Part shown: piece after piece, positions 1 to 9,956 of the stretch
How positions within the stretch are numbered: the first letter of the stretch is position 1
Layout: the number at the start of each line of letters is the position of its first letter
NCBI GenBank assembly: GCA_963833985.1
Contig: CAWIAD010000001.1
Location: 1,824,001 to 1,888,000, forward strand
Direction: 5' to 3'
Origin: an uncultured Planctomycetaceae bacterium
Lineage (GTDB): Bacteria; Planctomycetota; Planctomycetia; Isosphaerales; Isosphaeraceae
Length of the DNA: 64,000 nt
Translations under genes and position numbers: made by a program
The notes under the pieces: model-generated
What the model saw: only the letters and a program-made list of their open reading frames with translations
Database searches by the model: none
What the model was told of the DNA's origin: nothing

Positions 1-1218
1 GTTTACAAGGCATACATCGCCCCGCGTGCCGTACCGGCCGCCAGCTCGCCACGTTCTGCCAAAGCCAGGTCGAAGGCCTCCAGTCGGGAAGCCGCGGTGA
101 AGACCCCTGCGCGTCGAAAAAAGCCTTCAGCCGCGAAGAGCCGGATGCCGGAGACCGTCGGAGAATATCCAACCGGCGATAAGGCCGGCAGCCGGAACTT
201 CGAGCCGGCTCAGGGCTACCTCTTCGACCCCCCTGATGGAATCGGGGCTGCATCCGTCTGGAACCGGCCTGGCTCAGTGGGGAAGGGGATCTCCATCTGC
301 GACATCGAGACAGCCTGGAACCTTGACCACGAGGACCTTCCGCACGGAATCAAGCTGATCGGTGGAACCATGATCGACAGTCTCGCCGCGCGCAATCATG
401 GAACCGCGGTTCTGGGAGAGATGGTCGGCATTCGCGGGAACATCGGCTGCGTTGGAATCAGCCACAATGCCAGGGCGTTCGTGCACTCGCACGTCATGAA
501 CGGCGTGTCCAACCCGGCCGGGGCCATCGTCGCGGCGTCCAGCGCACTCAAGCCGGGTGACGTCATCTTGATCGAGTTACAGGCGCGGGGCGGCCCGGAT
601 GACAGATTCCTCGCGATGCAATACTGGGACCCCATCTTCGAGGCCATGCGCGTGGCCGCCGACAAGGGTATCGTGGTGGTGGAAGCCGCCGGCAATGGAA
701 ATGAGAGTTTTGACCGCTCCGAGTACAACAAGACCGGACTCCAGAAGGATTCCGGTGCGATTGTGGTCGGGGCTGGAGTTCCGCCATCGAATTATTACGA
801 CGCGTACGATGATTCCGGAAGATTTGGCCCGTACTCCCGGATCGGTTCGCCTCGCTCGCGGATCTGGTTCTCCAATTACGGCAAGATCGTCGATCTTCAG
901 GGATGGGGCTGGCATGTGACCACGCTCGGTTACGGAGACGCCCAGGGTGGGCCTGACGAGAAGAGATGGTATTCCCATCGGTTCGCGGGCACGTCAAGTG
1001 CTTCACCGATCGTGGCGGGGGCGGTTGCCTGCCTTCAGGCCTTCGCCAAGGCTCGGCTCCGTCGGCCTTTGACCCCGTCGGAAGTACGTGATATTCTAAA
1101 GATAACGGGTGCGCCACAGGCGGATGATGGTCCGCGCGCCCCGGCCACTCAGATAATCGGTCCGCTCCCCAATCTGGTTGCCGCGATGGATGAGGCCGAA
1201 CGACGATTCGGAAGCTAG
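1..1218 (+). CDS. S8 (subtilisin-like) serine peptidase, 5'-truncated by the window edge
   Basis: Frame is open from base 1 (VYKAYIAPRAVPA...). Catalytic motifs: ICDIE (Asp), NHGTAVLG (His), AAGNG (oxyanion Asn), FAGTSSASP (Ser). Confidence 0.9.
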   Translation, partial: VYKAYIAPRAVPAASSPRSAKARSKASSREAAVKTPARRKKPSAAKSRMPETVGEYPTGDKAGSRNFEPAQGYLFDPPDGIGAASVWNRPGSVGKGISICDIETAWNLDHEDLPHGIKLIGGTMIDSLAARNHGTAVLGEMVGIRGNIGCVGISHNARAFVHSHVMNGVSNPAGAIVAASSALKPGDVILIELQARGGPDDRFLAMQYWDPIFEAMRVAADKGIVVVEAAGNGNESFDRSEYNKTGLQKDSGAIVVGAGVPPSNYYDAYDDSGRFGPYSRIGSPRSRIWFSNYGKIVDLQGWGWHVTTLGYGDAQGGPDEKRWYSHRFAGTSSASPIVAGAVACLQAFAKARLRRPLTPSEVRDILKITGAPQADDGPRAPATQIIGPLPNLVAAMDEAERRFGS

Positions 1219-1241
1219 CCGCCAGATCGGGAGGAAGAATC

Positions 1242-1595
1242 ATGCACCCCTTCGAGAAAGATTCCACAAGGCGTTCCGCGGGAGTTTATCCCCAGATGGA
1301 CCTGCGCCTCAAGGTAGGCTGGCGGTTCAATAAACGCCGCCGCGCACTTGTGGACGGGGACGGAAAGCAGGTTAGCCTGAAGGGGCTGCTTCCCTCGGGG
1401 ACAAAGGTCTTGCCGATGAGCCCCACCCTCGCCGACGCCGACCCGTCGAAGCTCTCTCGGAACGAGCAACTGCTCGCGCGATACCTTCAGGTCGTGCTTC
1501 CCCCCGAGGCCGACGCGGTCGATCTCGCGTCGTCCCTCCGCGAACTGGACGGCGTCGATCAGGTCTCGAACTCTCCGCAAGTCGCGCTGCCGTAA
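1242..1595 (+). CDS. Small protein resembling a stand-alone S8 propeptide / I9-like inhibitor
   Basis: GGAGG RBS; starts 23 bp after the protease stop; C-terminal LARYLQVVLPPEADAVDLASSLRELDGVDQV pattern resembles subtilase prodomains. Confidence 0.6.
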   Translation: MHPFEKDSTRRSAGVYPQMDLRLKVGWRFNKRRRALVDGDGKQVSLKGLLPSGTKVLPMSPTLADADPSKLSRNEQLLARYLQVVLPPEADAVDLASSLRELDGVDQVSNSPQVALP

Positions 1596-1843
1596 TCGTC
1601 ACGCTTTCGGCCACCGACGCTGGCACTCGATTGATCCCCATCGATGCGAAAACGCGCGGCGAATCCCGGAAACAGGTCACTCCGAGGAGTCTGGATCGCA
1701 TCAGCGATGGATGTCTTCGGAGGCTTCCCCGCGCAACGCGCTGCTTTCCAGACTCGGCGACCCGATGATCCGCGCGGTCGGCATCAAGCGGTTCGGCGAC
1801 GACCCACCCTGCCAGTCCGCGGGAATCGTGGGATCGTCGAATC

Positions 1844-1945
1844 GTAGGGTGTGTCCAGCGCAGCGCCGACGCACCATTCCCGAGGCAGCGCCGACGCACC
1901 ATTCCCGTCCCGGCGTGGGCTTCCCGTCCCGGCGCACCATTCCCG
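1844..1945 (+). repeat. GTAG-type REP-like palindrome with tandem duplication of its 3' arm
   Basis: GTAGGGTGTGTCCAGCGCAGCGCCGACGCACC at 1844-1875; the unit starting GCAGCGCCGACGCACCATTCCCG recurs at 1860 and 1885 (25-bp period), plus a partial copy. Confidence 0.8.
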
Positions 1946-1947
1946 CA

Positions 1948-2735
1948 CTAAAACTCCCTTCGGCCCTGCGCCAGCTCGTCCTCCCACTGGTCCAGGAGCG
2001 GCCAGTCGACAGCACACGTGCCGAAGTCGGCCATGTGCGTGTAGGACTCCAGGCGGGCAATGGTGGCATCCAGCAGCGCATCGTCCTTGCGGAAGATCGG
2101 GCCGTGAGAGGGGAGCAAGAACTCGACGTCGCTGGCCCGGATGCGCTTCAGGCTGGCGATGAAGTCGGGGAGGTTGGAGCCGTGGTGGGCGTCGATCACG
2201 CCCACGCTGCCGTCGCGAAAGATGTTGTCGCCCGAGAGCAGCAGCTTGCCCAGGCGGAAGGCGAGCTGGCCGGCCGTGTGGCCCGGCGTGCTCCAGACGT
2301 CGAGCGCGAGGTTCCCGACCTCGAGCCGGTCCCCCTCGTCGATCGTGCGGTCGATCTTGCACCGCGGCATGGGGATGAGGATGCCCTGGGCCTCGATCCG
2401 GGCATAGGTGAGGATCTCGTCTCCCTCCTCGAGCGCCTGGACGCTGCGGGGGTGGGCCACGATGGGACACTTGAGGATCTCGCGGCACGCGCCAGGCCCT
2501 GGGCATGGTCCACGTCGGCGTGGGTGGCGACGATCAGCTTGCAGGCGGAGAGGCTATAGTCCATCTTGCGGATCAGCTCCAGGACATCCGCCAGCTCGTC
2601 CAGGAACCCCACGTCGATGAGGGCATACTCGCTGCCGCCGTCAATCAGGTAGACGTTCACCCCCATCCGCCGGCGCACCTGGTAGTTCATCTCGATCACG
2701 CCGGGGAACACGTAATTCCGTTCGATCGTGGCCAA
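1948..2735 (-). CDS. MBL-fold metallo-hydrolase (frameshift near 2490, probably a sequence error)
   Basis: [10 protein letters not shown] in ORF 2196-2735; TPGHT, SGDNIF and LPSHG in ORF 1948-2460; one added C joins the frames. Confidence 0.85.
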
Positions 2736-2806
2736 CGCAGGCTCCTCGTCTCATGCCGGCATGGAATCGGATGCGGGCGGTATTCGCCAGGTATCAATCC
2801 TGGATC

Positions 2807-3040
2807 GCAGTCGATTCTACCGGTTGCCTCCGTCGGCGCCAGCAGCAGGCAGTCGGCAGTGGGCAGTCGGCAGTCGGCAGTGGGAGTAGGCAGTTTGTAG
2901 GGTGGGTCGAGCCGCAGGCGAGGCCCACCAGGGCGGCAGTGGGCAGTCGGCAGTCGGCAGTGGATTCCACCGGTTGCCTCCGGCGCCGCCAGCGGTAGGC
3001 AGTGGGCAGCAGGCCCTATCGCAGTCGATTCTACCGGTTG
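2807..3040. repeat. Mosaic repeat: GGCAGT(C/G) heptamer runs, three copies of GCAGT(C/G)GATTC(T/C)ACCGGTTG and one REP-like palindrome
   Basis: 20-mer copies at 2807, 2957 and 3021; REP GTAGGGTGGGTCGAGCCGCAGGCGAGGCCCACC at 2897-2929. Confidence 0.8.
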
Positions 3041-3313
3041 TCGCTGGCGCGGCTCAACGCGAATGGGGTCGCGCGTGGACAGGGCAGGTCGGAGTCTCGG
3101 TTGGCGGTGTGTCTCGCAAAGGCCCCTGGCATGGAACGAGCGGGCCGGAACCAATCTCCATGCCGGCGCATCAAACAAACATCCCGCTGGACCCGATTGA
3201 AATTCTTTGTACTGTGCCTGGAGCATGATTTCTTGCTTCAATGGCGGCATGGGTGTTTTCGTTTGTTCGGACCGATGCCGCGGATGGATGGCGGTTCGCG
3301 GTTTCCGCGCGAC

Positions 3314-3342
3314 TTGACAGAGGCCCTGGAGCGGGGTAAGTT
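3314..3342 (+). promoter_or_regulatory. Putative sigma70 promoter
   Basis: TTGACA-17 bp-TAAGTT upstream of the 3635-7497 gene run. Confidence 0.5.
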
Positions 3343-3634
3343 GAATCGTGGCTTTTTGCTGGAAGTGTTTTGACTATCTCAAGATGAGTTCAGGGCTTCC
3401 GATCTGCACCTGGCGGCCGGGCGCGGCCCCGCCGTGTGGTATTCTGCCGGCCCGATACTTCCTTTGAACTGACCGGATCGCACCTGAAAACACCTCGAAG
3501 TGTACGCGCGTCCCGCGACCGATGCTGTCGGGCCTGCCGTCCACGGAGCGCCGGAATTCGGGTATTCGCGAGCTCTCCCCGAAGTGTCTGGACGATCACG
3601 AGGTTGGGGCGTCTTTCCAACGAGGTTTGCCGAC

Positions 3635-5227
3635 ATGGTCAAGGTGTTCTCGCCGGGGTGGCCGCGGGGACGAATGCCCGCGTCTTGCGTGGTCGGCCTT
3701 GTGCTGACTCTGATGATCGTGCTGCCCCCCTCCGGACGGGCCCTGGCGCAGCCGCCGGCAGGCACCAAACCGGCGGCGGCGAAGCAACCTCCAGCCACGT
3801 CGAGGGATGCCGCGGCCAAAAAAGATGCAGAGGCCGACGCGGCCAAGGGTAAGGACGACAAGAAGGACGATGACCAGCCAGCCGGGGAGGCCCCCCCCGA
3901 CCCCTCGCAGACATCGAGGATCGCGCCGGTCGAGATCTTCAAGGACCCCAACGCCGAGGACATCCTCGACCTCAAGAAGTTCCCGCCACTGCATTATCGC
4001 CTGCCGATGCGCGACGACATCGCGGCGGTGAAGGTGATGGCTCAGAACCCCAACCAGGCCGTCGACACCATCGTGATGCGCCGCATGGTGGAAGGCATGG
4101 TCGCCCAGCTCACCGACACCAAGAACATCCAGGCCCTGATCGACCCGCCCCCGCAGATGCCCGCCAGCTCGCCGACGATGCGGGCGATCGAGGAGGCCAC
4201 GAAGAACCTCCTCGATCCGATCTACATCGCCCGCGGACAGAAGAATTCCCGGTTCCTCTCGGAGTACAGCCGGGTCCTGCTGCGGGCGCTGACGCCCTTG
4301 CTGAAGCACCACCTGGTGCCCCGGGTGCAGGCCATGATCGTGCTCGGCCAGACCGGCAGCCCCGAGGCGATGAAGCTCTTCCTCGATGAGATCCGCAACC
4401 CTCAGCAGACGCTCTGGGTGAAGCTCTGGGCCATCCGGGGAATCATGAACGTCAAGCAGAACCCGGCGGCGCGGCTGACCGCGGCCCAGGAGATCGAGGC
4501 CGCGCGGGTGATCGCCGAGCAACTGGACGAGAAGACCAAGGACATGCCCTGGCCGATCCAGATGCGGGCGCTCGAGGCGCTCGGCCTGCTGCGACAGGGC
4601 TACATCCCCTCGGCGCCCAAGGGGGCCGAGATGGCCTCGGCGGCCATGCACGTGCTCTCCGACACAAAGGCCCGCACCGCCGTACGCGCCGAGGCCGCCC
4701 GGGCGCTGGGGTTGATGCAGATCTCCTCCGCGGTCCCCGGTTACAACGTCCCGCTGGTGGCCTATGCCGCGGCCCAGCTTGCCGCGACGTTGGGCGACCA
4801 TATCCTCGCCTGCTACTCGGCCGACAAGGGCAAGCCGCTGAACGCCACCCGCGCGGAGTTCCTCACCTCGCTACTGGTCGGTCCGGTTTACCAGGCCTTC
4901 GACGGGCAGCCGGGAGCGCGTGACAGCGGCCTGCTGCACGGCAGCGTGACCAGCGGGCGGAGCGAGGTCCAGAAGATCCTCGAACAGATCAAGCCGGTGG
5001 CCAAAGCCGCGCTGGAGCTGGTGCGTGCACCCAACGGCCAGCTCAAGGCGCGGCGGGCCGACCTCCAGGCGCGCGTCGAGGCGCTCAAGGAATACATTTC
5101 CAAGAACGCACCCGCCAACCATCACCTGGTGCCGGAAGATGATGGATACCTGGAAAACGCGACACCCCAGGCGGCTGCCGCCGAGCCTGGCACGGCCAAG
5201 GTGGCCCGGGCGCCCGGTGGCAAGTGA
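3635..5227 (+). CDS. Exported alpha-helical (HEAT-repeat-like) hypothetical protein
   Basis: Hydrophobic signal-like stretch ending ALAQ, Pro/Ala/Lys-rich linker, HEAT-like units (RVQAMIVLGQ, RALEALGLL, RAEAARALG). Start uncertain (3635 or 3674). Confidence 0.7.
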   Translation: MVKVFSPGWPRGRMPASCVVGLVLTLMIVLPPSGRALAQPPAGTKPAAAKQPPATSRDAAAKKDAEADAAKGKDDKKDDDQPAGEAPPDPSQTSRIAPVEIFKDPNAEDILDLKKFPPLHYRLPMRDDIAAVKVMAQNPNQAVDTIVMRRMVEGMVAQLTDTKNIQALIDPPPQMPASSPTMRAIEEATKNLLDPIYIARGQKNSRFLSEYSRVLLRALTPLLKHHLVPRVQAMIVLGQTGSPEAMKLFLDEIRNPQQTLWVKLWAIRGIMNVKQNPAARLTAAQEIEAARVIAEQLDEKTKDMPWPIQMRALEALGLLRQGYIPSAPKGAEMASAAMHVLSDTKARTAVRAEAARALGLMQISSAVPGYNVPLVAYAAAQLAATLGDHILACYSADKGKPLNATRAEFLTSLLVGPVYQAFDGQPGARDSGLLHGSVTSGRSEVQKILEQIKPVAKAALELVRAPNGQLKARRADLQARVEALKEYISKNAPANHHLVPEDDGYLENATPQAAAAEPGTAKVARAPGGK

Positions 5228-5879
5228 TCCCGCTGGCCGCGCTCCGGCCGGCCCGCCGATCGTGGTCTCCGAACTGCGCGACTACGACCAGATCAACGCG
5301 GAACTGACCAGGCGGCTGAACCTGGGAGAACCGCACATCCGCCTGGTCGACGCGGGCGGCCAGCGCCTGCTCATCGCGCGCATCTCCGGCCCCTGGAACG
5401 CATGCATCGAGGTGCTGGGGCACGCCGGGCCGGAACTCGCCGCCGAGCTCGACGCTGCCGGCGTCACCGTGGTCTGCCGCGGCCGTGCGGACGATGGTGC
5501 CGGGCGCGGGCTCATCGCCGGTCGGCTCCTGCTTCTGGGCGATACCGGAGCAGCGATCGGATATGCCCAGCGCGGGGGGACGATCATCACGCTCGGCCGC
5601 GCCGGGCCGCGCGCGGGCTTGAACCAGCAGGGCGGCGACCTCCTCCTGCTGGGCCCCGCCGGCCCCCTCGCCGGGGAACGGCAAGCCGGCGGACAGATCT
5701 TCCTGGGCGCGCAACAGCCGCCCCACGCCGGCCGCGGCCGACGCTCCGGGCGGCTCATCGCGCTGGACCCGGACCGGTCCGCGCGACGGCCACTTCCGGA
5801 CCCGGCCGACGAGGCAGCCCTCGCCGCGGCCCGGGACCTGGCGCACTCCTTTCACACCTTTCCGCGAGGCGGACCCTGA
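5217..5879 (+). CDS. GXGXG-domain protein (GltB domain 3 / FwdC-like beta-helix)
   Basis: Repeated G-x-A-G-x-x-x-G-x-x-x-x-G-G units (GDTGAAIGYAQRGG, GRAGPRAGLNQQGG, GPAGPLAGERQAGG); GTG start overlaps the upstream gene end. Confidence 0.8.
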   Translation: MASDPAGRAPAGPPIVVSELRDYDQINAELTRRLNLGEPHIRLVDAGGQRLLIARISGPWNACIEVLGHAGPELAAELDAAGVTVVCRGRADDGAGRGLIAGRLLLLGDTGAAIGYAQRGGTIITLGRAGPRAGLNQQGGDLLLLGPAGPLAGERQAGGQIFLGAQQPPHAGRGRRSGRLIALDPDRSARRPLPDPADEAALAAARDLAHSFHTFPRGGP

Positions 5880-6433
5880 TGCGCTGCGGAATCACCGTCG
5901 GCACGATCGGCGGCCCGGGAAATTCCGGGCGGCCGCTGGGACGGCTGCTACTGCCGCTCCTGATGATGGTCCTGCTGCTGCTCACCGGCTGCCGCGAGGA
6001 GCTTGGCCCCGAACTTTTCCCCACCACGACTGTCTCCGGCCTGGTCGTGGAGGGCGGCCGGTCCGTGAGCGGGGGCTGGATCGAGTTCGTTCCCGTGGAC
6101 GGGACCGTCGGCGATATCCGCTCGGCCAGGCTGGGCGCTGACGGCTCGTTCCATGCCGACCGCGTGGCCATCGGCAAGAATGCGCTGCGGTTCGTGAACG
6201 CCCCTATTCATGTGCCCGGCGGCGCTTTCCTGTTCGCGCAGTTCGCCACTCCGGTCCGCCGCGAGATTCCGGCCCGGCCGTCGACGCCCCTGCACATCGA
6301 CCTGCTGGAAGAAGCGGTACGCTTTCAGGCGTCGCGCCGTACCCGCGTTCGCTCCGCACCCGCACAAGCACCATCGGCAGCCGCGCCCTCAACGGCAGCC
6401 GCGCCCTCGTCGGGATCGGGAGCCGCACCATGA
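5879..6433 (+). CDS. Planctomycete-type lipoprotein (carboxypeptidase-regulatory-like beta domain)
   Basis: Lipobox LLTGC; VSGLV...GGWIEFVPVDG...ARLGADGSF pattern; TGATG coupling to the upstream gene. Confidence 0.65.
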   Translation: MRCGITVGTIGGPGNSGRPLGRLLLPLLMMVLLLLTGCREELGPELFPTTTVSGLVVEGGRSVSGGWIEFVPVDGTVGDIRSARLGADGSFHADRVAIGKNALRFVNAPIHVPGGAFLFAQFATPVRREIPARPSTPLHIDLLEEAVRFQASRRTRVRSAPAQAPSAAAPSTAAAPSSGSGAAP

Positions 6434-7497
6434 GCGCCGCCACAAGAGTCCCGGCCGCCGGCCGCGCGGGCGCGAACGCGGCTGCGAACGCGGCCATGAC
6501 GATCCGGGCCGTCTACCGCGACGGCACCGGCGCGATCCAGCTTGACTGGCCCGTGGACCGCATTGCCGAGGCGGTCGCCGACGGACAGGGGACGCTCTGG
6601 GTCGATATCCTGAACCCGGACTCCGCCTCCTCGACGGCCGCCGCGGACTTGCTGCGCGATGTCTTCGCCTTCCATCCGCTGGCGGTCGAGGACGCGATCG
6701 AGGAGTCCAACATCCCCAAGATCGACGACTGGGGAGACTACGTGTACATCGTCTTCCACGGCACCGCGATCGACCCCGGGAGCGATGAGCTGCTGCTCCA
6801 GGAGCTCGACATCTTCCTGGGTGCCAATTACGTGGTCACCTACCACACCGAGCCGCTGGAGTTCCTGGAGCAGGACCGGGCCTCCATCGATCGCGACCCG
6901 CGCGACCGGCTCCAGCATGGCGCGGACCACCTGCTCGTCCGGTTCCTGGAGCGTGCGGTGGACCAGGCGCTGGTGACCATCGAGCACCTGGACGACCGCC
7001 TCGACACGATCCAGAACGAGGTCATCGCCGACCCGCGGCCCAGGAGCCTGGAGACGATTTTTCGCCTCAAGCGCTGCGCCATCCGGCTGCAAAAGATTTT
7101 CAACCCCCAGCGCGAGGTGCTGAACCGCCTGGCCCGCGACCCGTACAAGCCGGTCCAGCCCGCGCACCGGGTGTACTTCCGCGACGTTTACGACCACGTG
7201 GTGCGTATGCACGACATCTGCGAGAGCCTGCGCGACCTCATCGCCGGCACGCTGGAAACTTATCTTTCGGTCATGTCCAACCGCACCAACGACATCATGA
7301 AGACGCTCACCATGGTGACCGTGATGTTCATGCCGATGTCGTTCCTGGTGGGCTTTTTCGGCATGAACTTCTTCGGCGAAACGCTAGCCTTCCAGTCTCC
7401 CCTGCCGAAGCAGTGGCTCTTCTTCGGCTCCCTCCTGATCATGGTCATTTCACCGTCGCTGATGTGGGTCTACGCGCGGCGGAAGAAGTGGTTTTGA
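6430..7497 (+). CDS. corA: Magnesium/cobalt transporter CorA
   Basis: WVDI, FHPLAVED, PKIDD, YFRDVYDH, two C-terminal TM helices with the GMN signature (GFFGMNF). Confidence 0.93.
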   Translation: MSAATRVPAAGRAGANAAANAAMTIRAVYRDGTGAIQLDWPVDRIAEAVADGQGTLWVDILNPDSASSTAAADLLRDVFAFHPLAVEDAIEESNIPKIDDWGDYVYIVFHGTAIDPGSDELLLQELDIFLGANYVVTYHTEPLEFLEQDRASIDRDPRDRLQHGADHLLVRFLERAVDQALVTIEHLDDRLDTIQNEVIADPRPRSLETIFRLKRCAIRLQKIFNPQREVLNRLARDPYKPVQPAHRVYFRDVYDHVVRMHDICESLRDLIAGTLETYLSVMSNRTNDIMKTLTMVTVMFMPMSFLVGFFGMNFFGETLAFQSPLPKQWLFFGSLLIMVISPSLMWVYARRKKWF

Positions 7498-7591
7498 GGG
7501 TCGGCTGTGTCCAGCGCAGCGACGCCGCACCACCTGGCCGCCGTGGCCATCTTGGCCGCCTTGGGCATCATGGCACGCATGCATTCACTTC

Positions 7592-7727
7592 GTAAGGTGT
7601 GTCAAGCGGAGCGACGACGCACCGGGGCACACCATCGGCAACGGTAGGGTGTATCAAGCGGAGCGACGACGCACCGGGGCACACCATCGGCAACGGTAGG
7701 GTGTGTCAAGCGGAGCGACGACGCACC
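7592..7727 (+). repeat. 52-bp tandem repeat (about 2.6 copies), each unit starting with a REP-like palindrome
   Basis: Units at 7592, 7644 and 7696, consensus GTAGGGTGTGTCAAGCGGAGCGACGACGCACC-GGGGCACACCATCGGCAACG; a further degenerate REP near 7500-7531. Confidence 0.9.
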
Positions 7728-8210
7728 AGCAGTCGTAGCAGTAGAAAGGATGAATGGACCAGTCGATCACGTGTGACGTGGGTTATCCCGGACATTTGAG
7801 GAACGCCTTGGGACAGAGCCATAAACGGGAGGACTGGTCCGTAAACTTCTCTATCAGGATGAAGCATCCGGGGGAAGAGTCCAGTGCGGCGACGAAACAC
7901 CGAGCACCGAGCCCCCCACGATCACATGGGCTACCAGATCCCACCACGATCCAACCACCACCACCGTGGCACCAGGAGACCCGGTTGATAGGTTTGCCCC
8001 TCGTTCCCACGCTCCGCGTGGGAATGCCGTCTGCGACGCTCCGAGACTGTGAGTTTTCGACCGCACGGCGGGTTTTCCCATCGGCGTGCGTCGATTGATC
8101 AGGGGTCGGGGTCGCGGTAGTTCCCCTGCGATCACGTCACCTGTGGGTGTTCTCTCCGCTATCGAGGCTCGAAAATGCCCTCCGCTGCCTGTTTTCTACC
8201 CCTTTTTACC

Positions 8211-9573
8211 TCATCCCTGCCCCTCCGCGACCGCCGCGCGCACGTTCCCCTGGTGCATCAGATTATGCGTGATCGCGTACAGCGTCGCCACGATCCGACA
8301 TTTTGTCCGGCCACGCACCGGCATCCGCCAAAGCCCTCTATTACGGCACATCGCGTTAACCCACTCCGCCGTCTGGGCCCGCAGCTTGTAGATCAACTGC
8401 GCCGCCTCCGTGCCCATCCGCTCCCGCCACGCCGCAGTGTTGTCCGTGTCGTGCGGCTTGCGGGCGTACGGGTCTTTGCCCGCCTCCTTCTGCTTCTCCT
8501 GGTCCTTGATCGGTGCATACACCTTGCAGCCACGCTCCTCGACCGCATCAATCGCGTCCAAAGATGCAAACCCACCATCGACAAGCATCTCATCCGGCAC
8601 GTCGTTGTAACGCGTCTCCAGTTGATCGAGCATCGGCGGCATTTCCTCGCTGTCGGTGCCGGCGTTGGTCACGTCCACCCCCACCACGATGCCTGTCGCC
8701 GTGTCGGTGGCGAACTGCACGTTGAACGCGGGGCGATAGCCGCCGTCGCTGAAGTTGATGTTCCGCGCCTCCGGATCGGTGGTCGACGCGCCGCGCCTCG
8801 GACGATTTCTCTTTTCTCCCCTTGTTTCTTTTCTCTTTCTTCTGCCGCAACTCCTCGCAATGGCGTGCCGCCTCCTCGATCCGCGCTTGACGCTCTGCCG
8901 CAGCACGCGCGCAGGCGGCCCGCTGCCGTTTCGACAGTTCGTCAGGGTTGGTTTCAGCCAGTTCTTTGAGCGCCTGGACCTGTGCTTCGGACTCGGCCAG
9001 CAACTCCTTGAGCCGCTCCCCACTGCGGAAGGAACTTTTACCGGCGTCGGCCCGCACCCGCATGCCATCCTGGGCCACCCGCTCCATGGTGACCAAGCCT
9101 TCGTCCATGAGCGTGGCGACGATCTGGGTGAGCATTTCGTCCCACTTCTCGCCTCCCTGGGAGCGGAAGTCGGCGAGCATGTGGTAGTTCACCGAGACGC
9201 CACCGCAGAGCCACTGGTAGGCGAGGTGGTTCTTGCAGAGGCGTTCCAGCTCGCGCGCACTGCCGACCCCCTTGAGGGTGGCGAACACCCAGAGCGCGAC
9301 CAGCAACCGGGGGTCGGTGGCGTCGCGGCCGACGTGGCCCTCGACGGCCTTGATGTCGGCGAGCCAGGCGTCGTGGTCCAGGCGGCAGACCATGGTCCAG
9401 ACGACGCGGGCCTGAGAGTCGGGATCGAGGCGATCGTCGAGCGAGGTCCAGGTGAATTCAACCTGATCGCGGTGCGGGACCCGAAGCCTGGGTTTGCCCC
9501 GACCGGGCGTGTTGGCGGCCTGCTCGGGGGTGGGCTCGGGGAGGTTGTCCGGCAGCAGGGGGAGGATTGTCAC
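8211..9573 (-). CDS. tnp: IS1182-family DDE transposase (frameshift near 8790)
   Basis: DUF772-like DPRLLVALWVFA...SARELERLC...YQWLCGG...LADFR; AQDGMRVRA; ASTTDPEAR; FNVQ; VDGGF; YKLRAQTAEWVNA. Confidence 0.9.
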
Positions 9574-9636
9574 GGGAGCCTCGCGGGGATGAGTGGGTGC
9601 AAACGCCAGCAGGACGGAGGGCCATCGCTGTTCTGA

Positions 9637-9665
9637 ATTATATCATGATCACATTTTCAGTACAA
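9637..9665 (-). promoter_or_regulatory. Putative transposase promoter inside the IS end
   Basis: Minus strand reads TTGTAC-17 bp-TATAAT, about 65 bp upstream of the transposase GTG. Confidence 0.6.
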
Positions 9666-9956
9666 TGGGGATCTCCGAAAAAATCACAGCCTCTCTGCGT
9701 CGATCGGGGGCCAGTGCTGAGGCTTGGAAATCCAGGGAACGCAGAGCGTCCCGACCGGTGTTCCCACGCAGAGCGCGGGAACAAGCCTGTCGCAAGCCTC
9801 TTACTCCTTTTCGTTAACGCTATTTCAACGGTATTGGCTCTAATCCCATAGGATATGGTACGATACGAGACGTGGCCTGGCGCGGCGCAACACGATGATC
9901 GCAGGCCGGGGTGTGGGACCGATCGATGAGGGTCGGCTGTGGGAGAACCGGGCCGG

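Larger units (their letters stand above)
8043..9693 (-). mobile_element. IS1182-family insertion sequence (about 1.65 kb)
   Basis: Imperfect terminal inverted repeats GAGACTGTGAGTTTTCG (8043) and CGAAAAAATCACAGCCTC (ending 9693) enclose the transposase gene. Confidence 0.85.
7991..9839 (-). mobile_element. MITE copy (one end missing) split by IS1182; arms at 7991-8042 and 9694-9839
   Basis: The joined arms align with the reverse complement of 11769-11961; the right end has TIR CGCTATTTCAACGGTATTG followed by GCT-CTAA. Confidence 0.8.

Noticed and set aside
7592..7727. Possible mini-CRISPR (32-bp repeat plus 20-bp spacer)
   Set aside because: The two 'spacers' are identical and the repeat belongs to the dispersed REP-like family.
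8770..8830. Programmed frameshift in the transposase
   Set aside because: IS1182 transposases are normally single ORFs; removing one extra C restores EARASTTDPEAR, and indel errors are common in this window.
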